DNA of 64,000 bases from positions 6,620-70,619 of the forward strand of contig JBHLMG010000009.1 of assembly GCA_048938385.1 (NCBI GenBank), written 5' to 3'. The notes under the pieces were generated by a model. That model was not told the DNA's origin. It worked only from the letters and a program-made list of their open reading frames with translations, and made no database searches. A program made the position numbers and the translations under genes. This DNA is from Promethearchaeota archaeon (lineage in GTDB: Archaea > Asgardarchaeota > Hermodarchaeia > Hermodarchaeales > Hermodarchaeaceae). Position 1 is the stretch's first letter, and the number at the start of each line of letters is the position of its first letter. Shown piece by piece: positions 19,663-28,926 of the stretch.

Positions 19663-21042
19663 TTATGCTTGCTTACGACGGCGCACAAAGAAGACGGCTA
19701 CCAGACAGACGATGACTCCAATGAGAATGGCTTCTAATGGGAATCCGGGGATTTCAGGAGCGGCTTGTCCGATATTGGAGTAGGCAGTGTAGACGGGATC
19801 GTGTTCAATGCGATAGCCTCCGAATTTAGGAAAGCTGATCGCGTACCAGAAGGCAACTTTGTTGAATGCAGAGTTGGCGTGGTTGTAGACATCGAGTGGT
19901 CCTGTGTAAAGGGTTTGGAGCATCGGACTTACGGCGTAGGACCAGATGGCAAGGAAGTCAGCTGAGAGGGGTAACTGCCAACCAACGAGAAGCAAATCAG
20001 TGAAGGTTGGTGTCATCACCCAGGCAATCGCTGGTTCATCATCACGAAGAGTGATGCCGCTCGTCTCATTGATTACATCATAGGTACCACGGACTCCAAC
20101 AGCAAAAGCTCGTTCATTGCCTGCTGGATCTGTTGCGATGGTTCCTGCAATCCAGTCAGCTGCTGCCACAGGCATGGTGGTTCCTGGGTCAGTAAAGTAC
20201 TCTGAACCCCAAGCGGTGACAAAATGCGCCATACCAATCGTGACATTCTGGAGTGCCTCGTGAACCTCGGTCATGTTATCGATTTCGCCTATCCCGGCAA
20301 CATGAAGCTCTTGGACTTGTCCAATATTGTAGAAGGTTTCTGCAGTAATTTCTCCGCTTGTCTCGTTCACTTTGATATCGTAGATGAACTCAAGTTCGCT
20401 GATTTGGAACTCGACAAGTGGAAGACCTAAAGTGAGCCAAAAGGCCAACCAGTTTTCACGTGACACGATCCGTGCATACAGGTCATTGTATCGCATTCCG
20501 AATCGGTAATGCCCTGGTTCAGGGTTTGTGACATCAATGGCGTCGACAGAGGGTGTTGCAGTCTTGTTTCCGCCATCGTATCCGTAAGGAACAACGAACC
20601 AACTGGCCTCAGAACCATCACGGATATTGTTTCCATTAGTGTCGTTGAATGCATACATGAAGGCAAAGACGGCTCCAGTAAAGATTTCCTTACCAGTTGG
20701 TGTGGTAAAGTGCATTCCAAAGAGTTGGTAGGGGAAGGTTGAGTGGGTGTCGTTTTCGTAGATGTAGACATCGCCAAGTGCTAGGAGAGCGGCTTGAAAA
20801 GCGCCAGTTCCCTCATAGTTGATGTGATGCATTATGATTTCGATAGAATTGTTCGTAACTGGATCTTCGTGGGTCGTAACATTGGTCCAAAAGGGCTCAG
20901 TAAATGTGTGACCAAAAAGGGCGGCTTCACTTCCTGGAACATAGGTCGCTGGGGGTGTTGCGCTAGCTGTTATTGGGGTAGCGAGAAGCATCATTGCAAG
21001 CGCTAGAATCACTGTGGGTAGAATTTTCGTTTTTATATTCAT
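19663..21042 (-). CDS. Surface protein, paralogue A (signal peptide, many N-x-S/T sequons, PGF-CTERM-like tail)
   Basis: The signal peptide is ILPTVILALAMMLLATPITASA. The C-terminus is PEIPGFPLEAILIGVIVCLVAVFFVRRRKQA. The protein is clearly alignable along its full length to the product of 22054..23442. Confidence 0.6.
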   Translation of the reverse strand: MNIKTKILPTVILALAMMLLATPITASATPPATYVPGSEAALFGHTFTEPFWTNVTTHEDPVTNNSIEIIMHHINYEGTGAFQAALLALGDVYIYENDTHSTFPYQLFGMHFTTPTGKEIFTGAVFAFMYAFNDTNGNNIRDGSEASWFVVPYGYDGGNKTATPSVDAIDVTNPEPGHYRFGMRYNDLYARIVSRENWLAFWLTLGLPLVEFQISELEFIYDIKVNETSGEITAETFYNIGQVQELHVAGIGEIDNMTEVHEALQNVTIGMAHFVTAWGSEYFTDPGTTMPVAAADWIAGTIATDPAGNERAFAVGVRGTYDVINETSGITLRDDEPAIAWVMTPTFTDLLLVGWQLPLSADFLAIWSYAVSPMLQTLYTGPLDVYNHANSAFNKVAFWYAISFPKFGGYRIEHDPVYTAYSNIGQAAPEIPGFPLEAILIGVIVCLVAVFFVRRRKQA

Positions 21043-21129
21043 GTTTCCACACCTAAACCCATGAAGGGTTTGATGTTAGTTGTTAAAGTTCCCTCTCAAC
21101 TGACGAATTTAAAGAAGCTGAAAAGTTTA

Positions 21130-21191
21130 GTTTTCTGTCTAGAAAACTGCGGTTTACTAACAAATTTGTTACTAAATCCCTCTAAAGAGGG
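21130..21191. promoter_or_regulatory. Three inverted repeats between the RDD regulator gene and surface paralogue A
   Basis: gttttct-gtct-agaaaac lies at 21130-21147. A 14-bp perfect palindrome taacaaatttgtta lies at 21158-21171. ccctct-aa-agaggg lies at 21178-21191, immediately after the stop of 21193..21939. Confidence 0.3.
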
Positions 21192-21192
21192 G

Positions 21193-21939
21193 TTAGTGGG
21201 CTCGGACCACCCAGGTTCGTGTGTATTGACCGAAAAAGCGGAGGAACCCGTTTTTCCGCGACTTTATCAATCCGGCGAGGACATCAAAGGGGAGAATCAA
21301 TACCTTAGTCAAGGCGCGAATCGCTGCAGGGAAGGGCTGCATCCGTGCCCCACTCACATCTACAATTCGTAAACCCATTATTATTTTACCTAATGTCTGT
21401 CCGCGATATCCTTCCATCAAGGCAAAATACATCCATAACACTGCTAACACAAAAGCCCGAATTAAAACGACAATTAAATCTGGGTATCCAAAGAGCGTAT
21501 CCATCATACGGGTGAGGAACAGTGGCATCGGTAAGTCAAAGAGCCACCAGGCTGGGGCAAGGTTGAGAGCTGAGAAGTCTGCGGCGATAAATATCAAAGC
21601 GAGAATTAATGCTACATCGATGAACATTGCGATCAGACGGCGGAAGAAAAACAATCCTAGTCTTTCAGACCGAGGTGTTTCCTTTCCGGTTAATCGGCCT
21701 TCAAGCATTTGCCAGATGCGGTAAAGTTGGAGCCCTTCCTTCGAAATTCGATACTTACCTTCAACTTGGGTTAGAAAGGGGTCTAGTTTCTGTAGGTGAA
21801 AATTCAGTTTCCCACTTGAAATGTTCACATGGTCCAAGATTCGAGAATAGGCAATATCTGGGTTGGCGTAGACAGTTTCAAGGATTTGACGACGGAGTGA
21901 ATGGCCAATGGCGGTTAAAAAATCGTCCAGGTCAGTCAC
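21193..21939 (-). CDS. Winged-helix (ArsR-like) + RDD-domain membrane protein
   Basis: The N-terminus reads HSLRRQILETVYANPDIAYSRILDHVNISSGKLNFHLQKL (wHTH). The C-terminal half reads FFRRLIAMFIDVALI...GYRGQTLGKIIMGLRIVD (RDD family). Confidence 0.7.
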   Translation of the reverse strand: MTDLDDFLTAIGHSLRRQILETVYANPDIAYSRILDHVNISSGKLNFHLQKLDPFLTQVEGKYRISKEGLQLYRIWQMLEGRLTGKETPRSERLGLFFFRRLIAMFIDVALILALIFIAADFSALNLAPAWWLFDLPMPLFLTRMMDTLFGYPDLIVVLIRAFVLAVLWMYFALMEGYRGQTLGKIIMGLRIVDVSGARMQPFPAAIRALTKVLILPFDVLAGLIKSRKNGFLRFFGQYTRTWVVRAH

Positions 21940-22053
21940 AATGTGCGCCTTCCCTGTGTTCTATACTCACTGCCGAGGTTGCGCCTTTATACGTATCGCC
22001 ACGCCTGCTGAGGGACTTTAGATTTCAACAACTGTGGTGTTATCAAAAACCAA

Positions 22054-23442
22054 CTAGGTCCCTGAATTAGGATGTGTTTTTCCATTGGATCGAATCACCT
22101 TGATTACAACTACAATGAGGGCTATCAATGAAACAGTGCCCAGAAGGATTAGTCCGAAGAGACTCGGGGCTTGTCCGATATTCGAGAACGCGATGTACAC
22201 GGGATCGTGTTCAACACGATAACCGTGGGACTCGGGGAATGTGATTCCAAACCAAAAAGCCGCTGAATTGAATACGAGGTCCTTGTTCTCATATACGCTG
22301 AGGGGACCAGGAAACAGTTCTTGGAGGTATGGGCTCATAGCGTACGCGAAGATACTAAAGATGATCGCAGAAATCGGGAGTTGCCAACTTATGAGGATCC
22401 CATCTGTAGGTTGGGGGGTGAGGATCCAGCTATACGCAGGCAGGTCTGTTTGAATAGGTGTAAAAGGATCAGTACTTTCATTAAGCACATCATAACTGCC
22501 TCGGGTGCTCAAGGCGAAAGCTTGGTTGCGTCCAATTAAATCCGTTGAGATGTTGACTAGTGTTCGATTTACTCCACTTACAGGTATGTTATTTGCTGTG
22601 CGCACATAGTATTGGGGTGAGAGAACAACACCTGCGTGAGCTACGCCAATACCAACATCATGTAAGGCTTCATGGAAATTCGGAACTGGAAATCCAAGGA
22701 ATCGTAACTCTGTAACCTGACCGATGGTATAGAAGGTTTCTGTAGTAATTTCTCCTGTCACCACATCTAATTTTACATCATAAGTGATGGTCAACTCGCT
22801 GAAGGTGATTTCAAAAATGTTTAACAGCAGAGAAAGGAGAAACTCACCGCCGTCTTTCGCTGACACCAAACGACCATAGAGGTTTTTGTAGCTAATCCCA
22901 AACTGATAATGTCCAGGACCGAGGTGGGTTACTGGAAGTGCTTCAATCGTCAAGGGTGCTGAAGTATTCCCCTCGTTAAAGCCGTACGGAATTATGTAAA
23001 ACCGATTTTCTCCCGGGCTCGGTACGCCATTATGGTCTGTATCGTTGAACCCGAAAAGGAAGGCTAATACGGATCCGACGAAGAAGTCACGGTCATCCTT
23101 GGTCGTGTAGTGGAGTCCAAACAGCTGATAGGGTAATGTAGACTGGGTGCCGTTTTCATTCTCCACAACACCCAGCGCGAGGAGCATAGCTTGAAAACTC
23201 CCTACTTCTTCAGAGTAATTCACATAGTTGGCAATGAACTGTACCGTTTCATTGTTGGGCGTCTCAAAGATAATCGAGTCGTTCGTCCACATCGATTCGG
23301 CAAAGGTGTGACCGAAAAATTCCCGCTCAATCCCTGGCACCCAAGCAGGTGGTGGTAAGGCTTGTACTTGCGCTGGTGACGCCAGGGATAGGAGGATGCT
23401 CCCGAAGAGGGCGACTGCTAGCCATGTAGCATATCGATTCAT
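22054..23442 (-). CDS. Surface protein, paralogue B (signal peptide, C-terminal TM anchor)
   Basis: It shares blocks with paralogue A: PP(A/P)xWVPG...FGHTF, LPYQLFG(M/L)H(F/Y)TT, GPGHY(R/Q)FG, ETFY(N/T)IGQV, WQLP(L/I)SA and HDPVY(T/I)A(Y/F)SNIGQA. Confidence 0.6.
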   Translation of the reverse strand: MNRYATWLAVALFGSILLSLASPAQVQALPPPAWVPGIEREFFGHTFAESMWTNDSIIFETPNNETVQFIANYVNYSEEVGSFQAMLLALGVVENENGTQSTLPYQLFGLHYTTKDDRDFFVGSVLAFLFGFNDTDHNGVPSPGENRFYIIPYGFNEGNTSAPLTIEALPVTHLGPGHYQFGISYKNLYGRLVSAKDGGEFLLSLLLNIFEITFSELTITYDVKLDVVTGEITTETFYTIGQVTELRFLGFPVPNFHEALHDVGIGVAHAGVVLSPQYYVRTANNIPVSGVNRTLVNISTDLIGRNQAFALSTRGSYDVLNESTDPFTPIQTDLPAYSWILTPQPTDGILISWQLPISAIIFSIFAYAMSPYLQELFPGPLSVYENKDLVFNSAAFWFGITFPESHGYRVEHDPVYIAFSNIGQAPSLFGLILLGTVSLIALIVVVIKVIRSNGKTHPNSGT

Positions 23443-23583
23443 TCAATGGACCACTCATTAGTCATGCGCATGTACCTTACCTACTACTTCGCTACAATAT
23501 ATAAGCCAGCTGAAAAGTATAACTTTCCTCCTAGATAACCCTGATTGACAACGAAGTTCAAGGTTCATGGATTTTTTTTTACT

Positions 23584-24090
23584 TCACTCGGAAGCTAATT
23601 CTTCTCTCAGTCTAAGTAAGTGTTGGAATTGCCACTCTCGTTCTTTTGCTACAGCTATGTATGTATCAGATGCGTTTGTGGCTCTATGGATGGCTTGTAA
23701 GGCATAAATTGCAGAACCAATAGAATGAGTTGGAACATGTGCGGTTGCCACTGCTTGACCTGCGGCACGAGCAGCAGAGCGGGCAGCATTATCTCTACCT
23801 ACTTCGCGGGCAGCAGCATGGGAATCAAGTGAAGCCTGGCGAATAACCGCCATCTGAAACACCCCTGTATTGATCCATGTCTTGAGTGTTTCAATGGCTT
23901 TTCGAGGCCGTTGGTCTTCTGGATATTGTTCTTCAAAATATGGTAGAACACGCACAGCACAATCAATTGCCCAGGCTGCCAATGTTTTATGGTTAGTTTT
24001 TTTCACAAGCTCTACAATTCTCTCATCTTTTCGGTAGTGTGTAAGTGAAAATTTTGGTTTCTTTTTTCGTGGTTCAACTTGCACATTCAT
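23584..24090 (-). CDS. Helical-repeat protein resembling the Imm5-type 'putative immunity protein' family
   Basis: LAAWAIDCAVRVLPYFEEQYPEDQRPRKAIETLKTWINTG...AAREVGRDNAARSAARAAGQAVATAHVPTHS matches my recollection of that family's alpha-repeat consensus. This was not verified by search. Confidence 0.4.
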   Translation of the reverse strand: MNVQVEPRKKKPKFSLTHYRKDERIVELVKKTNHKTLAAWAIDCAVRVLPYFEEQYPEDQRPRKAIETLKTWINTGVFQMAVIRQASLDSHAAAREVGRDNAARSAARAAGQAVATAHVPTHSIGSAIYALQAIHRATNASDTYIAVAKEREWQFQHLLRLREELASE

Positions 24091-24114
24091 TCCTCAATAT
24101 ACATTTTTTGTCCA

Positions 24115-25842
24115 TTAGTTTCGCTTGAGGTTGGGATTGTAATTTGTAATATCATGTGACACACTTTGTTTAGGTGATTTTCGGGCAAATCCAATGATGA
24201 CTATTATCAATGGCACAAATAGTAGCGGGACAATAATAATAGCCCAATGATGAGTTGGTAACAAATCCAACGAATCGATCAACCCATCTGCATCCGTGTC
24301 AGGTAATACCGGGTTTGTACCAATCTCGATTTCGTAATCATCCCTCAACCCGTCAGCATCGGTATCGCTGTTCCAAGGATTACAGCCCCAACAGTATTCC
24401 TCGTAGTTCGTCAATCTATCCAAGTCGTAATCGATCCAGCTATCATTTTCAAAAAGATTGAGCCCCCACCGGGACTCCCAACCATCCGGCATCCAGTCCA
24501 GGTCAGTATCAGGGTTTCGTGGGTGGGTAAAAAGGGTGAATTCTTCTGCGTTTGTAAGGGCATCCCCGTCTTCATCTCGTGCGGCGTCCGGTTGAGCTAG
24601 ATTCAACTCGAACATTGACTCCCAGAAAGTAGGTAGTCCGTCATGGTCTGCATCTGAATGATTAAGCATGACAGGAAGCATGGGGTCGCCTAGGCAAGTC
24701 ATGCCGTAGCACCACTGAGGTGAATCGGGCATTTCCGGAGAGGGATAGACGGCTGATTGAAGCCATAATTGTAGTGCAGCTCCAAGCCCCCGCCCTTGGG
24801 CAAGCGTCTGAAAGAAGGTATTAAAATCGTACATACTTCCTGTTTTCGTAGAGCCGATGACCGCTAATGGTCCAGCGGAAGAGAACACATAAGCTCCTGC
24901 CAAATAGTTGGCAAATCGGTAGTCAGCTGCTGAGCAGGCAAAGAGGTTCGCAAAGAGGATGGTACTCTGCAACGCGAAGATATCCTTCGAATACACATAG
25001 TCCCAACCTCCCCAGGCTTGGAAAGCATGCCGTGTGGGATTTGAGTGCGCCCCGACGAGGACAAACTCGTAACTCTGGTTCAGTTCTTGAAGATATGCCG
25101 CAGCAGATGAACCATCGGGTTCACGAATCAGCGTCCCCTCCGGGTATACCAAACTGGCCTGAGTGTACCAAGTGGGGGCTAAGTAAGCCCAGTCGTCATC
25201 AATGAAGGTCAATACGCGTTGTGGGGCTCTTAGTGTTCCTCGCCGATACAACGAATTGCGGTGAAAATAGGATTGAAGCAATTCTGAAGCGTTTCCGAAA
25301 TTATAAAGGGTAGTCGGTGAAAGGCGACCAAGGAAAATTTCTGGCTCAATATTCCCACCATGCCAATCCAGGATTCCGTCGGTATTCAAATCACCAAAGA
25401 TGCCATCAAGGTCCATGAAATACAAATCAATGGGAAACTCTTCAAAACTCGCTCCATCCTGTTGGCGAAATATTGGGGCTGAAAGGTTTCCAATAAGAAG
25501 ACATCCAACCAGCCCGTTTTCATAATGTGTTTGAAGGCGTGAGCGAATGGTATAGGGCGTGGTTGCGTCGGGAATATACTCGATTAGTATCTGGAATCCC
25601 TGATATCCTGCTTCAATAGCAAAGCGTGACATGACCGTCCTGAGATCAGATTCAAATTGTTCTTCGATGATGACCACAACGAGATTTTGTAAAGATTCAA
25701 CAACCGAAGGTCGAGGAACACAGGGGACTGTAGGTGAAGGTGTGTCCACCGATAGTTGAATAATGGAAGCGTGTGAGCAAAGGAGAAGGAGAACGAACAA
25801 TCCACTAACTGGTTTTACTAACACGAAATGCCCGCCCAACAA
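24115..25842 (-). CDS. Secreted clan-CD (gingipain C25-like) cysteine-peptidase-like protein with six thrombospondin-type-3 Ca-binding repeats and a C-terminal TM
   Basis: The candidate His is in FVLVGAHSNP and the candidate Cys in LFACSAADY. The DxDxDG-type repeats are DADHDGL, DEDGDAL, DTDLDWM, DYDLDRL, DTDADGL and DTDADGL. The TM helix is AIIIVPLLFVPLIIVIIGF. Confidence 0.5.
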   Translation of the reverse strand: MLGGHFVLVKPVSGLFVLLLLCSHASIIQLSVDTPSPTVPCVPRPSVVESLQNLVVVIIEEQFESDLRTVMSRFAIEAGYQGFQILIEYIPDATTPYTIRSRLQTHYENGLVGCLLIGNLSAPIFRQQDGASFEEFPIDLYFMDLDGIFGDLNTDGILDWHGGNIEPEIFLGRLSPTTLYNFGNASELLQSYFHRNSLYRRGTLRAPQRVLTFIDDDWAYLAPTWYTQASLVYPEGTLIREPDGSSAAAYLQELNQSYEFVLVGAHSNPTRHAFQAWGGWDYVYSKDIFALQSTILFANLFACSAADYRFANYLAGAYVFSSAGPLAVIGSTKTGSMYDFNTFFQTLAQGRGLGAALQLWLQSAVYPSPEMPDSPQWCYGMTCLGDPMLPVMLNHSDADHDGLPTFWESMFELNLAQPDAARDEDGDALTNAEEFTLFTHPRNPDTDLDWMPDGWESRWGLNLFENDSWIDYDLDRLTNYEEYCWGCNPWNSDTDADGLRDDYEIEIGTNPVLPDTDADGLIDSLDLLPTHHWAIIIVPLLFVPLIIVIIGFARKSPKQSVSHDITNYNPNLKRN

Positions 25843-25931
25843 TCTAATTCTCTCACAAAACCAAAAATCTTCTGAAAATTGTTAATCTAAGCAATCTAGC
25901 ATTCTTTAGCTCTACAAATTGGAAAAGAAAA

Positions 25932-25967
25932 GAAAAAAAGGGAGAGGAACGAGGGCAGAACGCCCTC
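25932..25967 (-). terminator. Hairpin plus oligo-T just downstream of the SPFH gene
   Basis: gagggc-agaac-gccctc lies at 25951-25967. On the minus strand it is followed by ctcccttttttt cttttctttt. Confidence 0.4.
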
Positions 25968-25975
25968 AAAGTGAA

Positions 25976-26968
25976 CTATAATTTCTCTCCGCATTCACCG
26001 CAGAATTTACCCGATGCAGGAGCGCCACAATTTGGACAGAATTGCTTGGCTTTCGCTCGTTCATCAACTTGTTTTCGAATCACTTTTCCGCATTCGGAGC
26101 AAAACTTGGGTGGTTTGCCACCTTTTAGGGGCATAGCGGCTCCGCAGTGTGGGCATGCAACATGGGTGACACCGGCTTCTTCAGGTCTTTGGGATTGGCG
26201 CATCATCTCGGCGAGTTGGGGAATGAGGACGATGCCGGCACCGGCCGCGGCTCCTCCTCCGCCGCCTTGACCGAGGGCTTCAGCGCTGCGTCGCATGGTT
26301 TCAGCAGTAAGGACTTCTCGACCGGAGACGCCTTGTACAGCGAAGAAGAGGCGTTCACGGTATTCAGGAGAGGTGTCCATGCCCCCGAAGGCCATGTCAA
26401 GGAGTTTGAGGCCATATTCTTCGAACTTATCAGATAGGCGAGTCTTCGTCTTCATGCTGGTCTCATCAAGACGGGTCATTGCATTTTGAAGTGAATATCC
26501 GGAAAGTTCATCCATCGATAGTTCGACGAACTTTGATCGGATGAAGTTGGTCACATCTTGCGTCGTGTAGTTTTCACCGGCTACAACTTCGTTCACAAAG
26601 ACCTGTGGGTCTTCGATTTCGAACCAGAATTCACCGTGGAACATGAGGGGAGCTAGGTCACGGGTCTGTCCCTTGCCACCGAATTTACCTTGGAACTTGG
26701 TCATATTTATGAAAATCACTTCTGCGTTGAAGGGTGATTTTGGAAAGCCTGCAAGGCGGCGGACAATTCCTGTGAGGATGGGCACATTAGCAGTGGTCAA
26801 CGTGTGACGACCAACACCCAGTACATCTAATGCTTTACCGTCTCGGTAGAAGATTGCGGCTTGATTTTCGCGCACGAGGCACTGACTACCCCATTTCACG
26901 AGGTCATTGGGCCACCGATAGACAAGGTCATCCTTGCGCATCCCTTTCCATTCAATTATCTCTGGCAT
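25976..26968 (-). CDS. SPFH/Band-7 protein of the B. subtilis YdjI type (COG4260-like) with a Gly/Ala linker and C-terminal double zinc ribbon
   Basis: YRWPNDLVKWGSQCLVRENQAAIFYRDGKALDVLGVGRHTLTTANVPIL matches the YdjI-family N-terminus. The C-terminus has CPHCGA...CSECGK...CPNCGA...CGECG. Confidence 0.75.
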   Translation of the reverse strand: MPEIIEWKGMRKDDLVYRWPNDLVKWGSQCLVRENQAAIFYRDGKALDVLGVGRHTLTTANVPILTGIVRRLAGFPKSPFNAEVIFINMTKFQGKFGGKGQTRDLAPLMFHGEFWFEIEDPQVFVNEVVAGENYTTQDVTNFIRSKFVELSMDELSGYSLQNAMTRLDETSMKTKTRLSDKFEEYGLKLLDMAFGGMDTSPEYRERLFFAVQGVSGREVLTAETMRRSAEALGQGGGGGAAAGAGIVLIPQLAEMMRQSQRPEEAGVTHVACPHCGAAMPLKGGKPPKFCSECGKVIRKQVDERAKAKQFCPNCGAPASGKFCGECGEKL

Positions 26969-27224
26969 GATTGGTTCTCCTCCTTCATCTGGAGGGGATA
27001 GAAGGTCTGTGCTGCCATTGGTGCGCAGCCTTTTGAACTTTACGACTTCTCTTCCAATCAGCGCGAAGTTAATGCGAAAAGAACTATTCGAATTATATTC
27101 TGGCGAAAAACGAGGCGGAGATAACGGCTAGAGGGCATTTCTGAAGTTGCCACTAATGGCTCGTTAAAAAGAGAGAAAAAAGGAAAGCCGCCCACTAAAG
27201 GCATCGAGTTGTTTAACCTAGATG

Positions 27225-27779
27225 CTAAACGACCTCAACACCCATAATGACTTGCTGACGTTCCTTCCACTTACGACTCATCGCTGAAACAGCTTTCCGC
27301 AGTTCCTTGATGTGGCCAAGCGCTTCATCTGCGTCCTCTTCAGCCAACCGTAGTATGTCATCACAGCGCTGATCAAATGACTGCACATTTTCTGCAAACC
27401 ATGCGTCAAACTGAAGCATGGTCTCAAGATCCTTCTTGTCAATATGAATCTCATCGAAGTAAGGTCTATAGCCGTACGATGCGTGTTCGATTTCGCTGAT
27501 GAGTTTCTCGGTTCGGCTTGAGACTGAGTCGACAAGCGTGTAGGCTTCTTCGATCTCGTTCTCGACGACTACTGTTCGTATATCCTGGATTTTATCTTGG
27601 CTTTGTCGTAGCCGGTTGACGATTTGGTCTCGGAGAATTCGGTCAGCGTTTCGTCGTTCTTCCTTGATACGGTATCCTCGCCAACCTGGAACAAACTTCA
27701 AGATTTTCTGCATGAGCGTGCGTTCATCATCGACTTTTTCTAAAATTGATGGTTTCTTATCGTCTCCCAACGGGGTCAC
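27225..27779 (-). CDS. Hypothetical all-helical/coiled-coil protein
   Basis: 184 aa, charged, with heptad-like segments (RNADRILRDQIVNRLRQSQDKIQDIR; CDDILRLAEEDADEALGHIKELRKAV). It has no TM and no family I can name. Confidence 0.5.
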   Translation of the reverse strand: MTPLGDDKKPSILEKVDDERTLMQKILKFVPGWRGYRIKEERRNADRILRDQIVNRLRQSQDKIQDIRTVVVENEIEEAYTLVDSVSSRTEKLISEIEHASYGYRPYFDEIHIDKKDLETMLQFDAWFAENVQSFDQRCDDILRLAEEDADEALGHIKELRKAVSAMSRKWKERQQVIMGVEVV

Positions 27780-27912
27780 CTCGTTGGTCCTTAATTAGGC
27801 ATTGGGTTAAGGGCTTATAAACATGCGCCAGATATAGTCGATTCACCAGTTGGGCTATCATCTCCTTGAAGATGTGAAGAATCAGTGTTTGAGCTGGGGC
27901 ATGTTGTTAGGC

Positions 27913-28926
27913 TCAGCGTGCGGCTTCTGCGGCGGTTTTTCTAAACGCAAGATAAATTGTTAGTATTGCCAGGATCAGTGGGATTATAGCTAGACCGAGG
28001 CTTGCATAGAAGAGACTGCCACCAGTTTGATAAGTCGTATACACCAGGTAAATACCAGCGATTCCAAGTAAGAACATAAACGCAGCTCTGATCCAGGTTA
28101 CAGCTTTAAAGCCCGCCGTACGTGGGATCTGAGTGTAAAGCACTCGTCCGTTTGATGCATCGAGAGCCGCTTCGTAAACTTTACCTTTATCACCGACAGT
28201 GAAGCGAATGTGGTAGATGGGGACATGGATGTAGGCGTGGTCGGTGACTTCAAAAGCTTCCCGAGCATCCTCGACCTTCACGGTTTCCCGGTTAATGCGT
28301 GAATAGATCATGTTTCGCGTGGTAGTAATCGCCTGTTGTCGTGCGGTTTCTTCTGACACTTTTGAGAAGAGCACATTTCCGGTATGCTCCTTCACCTGCT
28401 CCAGATTGAAGAACTGACGCGACCGTGTAGCAATCGGGTAATTCGTAATCTCAGCCCGGGCTTCGGGTCCTGCATAGAGTCGAATGTGTCGAGTTTGTTC
28501 TTGATGACCTGATTCAGCAACCCATTCCCAATGAATGCTCGAGTATCGACCACCGGATTGTCCACGAAAACTCGCCTTCCTATCGACACCACGATACGAG
28601 ACATTACCGTGGACGGTGTACACCCAATAAGGATAGAAGGTCATGGACAGGTCTTTCAGGTTAATTAATTGCGCGAGTTCATCAGCAACACCAGGTACTT
28701 TGACTAGATAAGCTTTCAAGGTGTCAAACGCGTCTTTCTCCGTGTAGTTTACGGCTAGCGCAAAATGCTCCTTAAATTGAGAACCCTCTGGAGTGAAACT
28801 CGTACCACAATACGAGCATGTGATAATAGTGTCTGAGGGGTGGACTTCAAGGGTTCCTCCACAATTTGGACAGTGTTTCTTCGTCATTTTTTCTACACCT
28901 TTTTCATGGTTTTTGTGAGATTTCAT
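27913..28926 (-). CDS. Zinc-ribbon + C-terminal 2-TM protein (YdjG-like architecture), paralogue 2
   Basis: CPNCGGTLEVHPSDTIITCSYCG is the zinc ribbon. The central FYPYWVY...IHVPIYHIRF...GKVYEAALDASNGRVL blocks are shared with the upstream paralogue. There are two terminal TM helices. Confidence 0.6.
   Translation of the reverse strand: MKSHKNHEKGVEKMTKKHCPNCGGTLEVHPSDTIITCSYCGTSFTPEGSQFKEHFALAVNYTEKDAFDTLKAYLVKVPGVADELAQLINLKDLSMTFYPYWVYTVHGNVSYRGVDRKASFRGQSGGRYSSIHWEWVAESGHQEQTRHIRLYAGPEARAEITNYPIATRSRQFFNLEQVKEHTGNVLFSKVSEETARQQAITTTRNMIYSRINRETVKVEDAREAFEVTDHAYIHVPIYHIRFTVGDKGKVYEAALDASNGRVLYTQIPRTAGFKAVTWIRAAFMFLLGIAGIYLVYTTYQTGGSLFYASLGLAIIPLILAILTIYLAFRKTAAEAAR

Noticed and set aside
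27225-27779. Calling the 184-aa helical protein PspA/ESCRT-III outright, on the basis of its position next to the YdjG-like and YdjI-like genes.
   Set aside because: I cannot find the PspA N-terminal amphipathic helix or the characteristic conserved blocks by eye. The idea is kept only as a hypothesis to test by profile or structure comparison.
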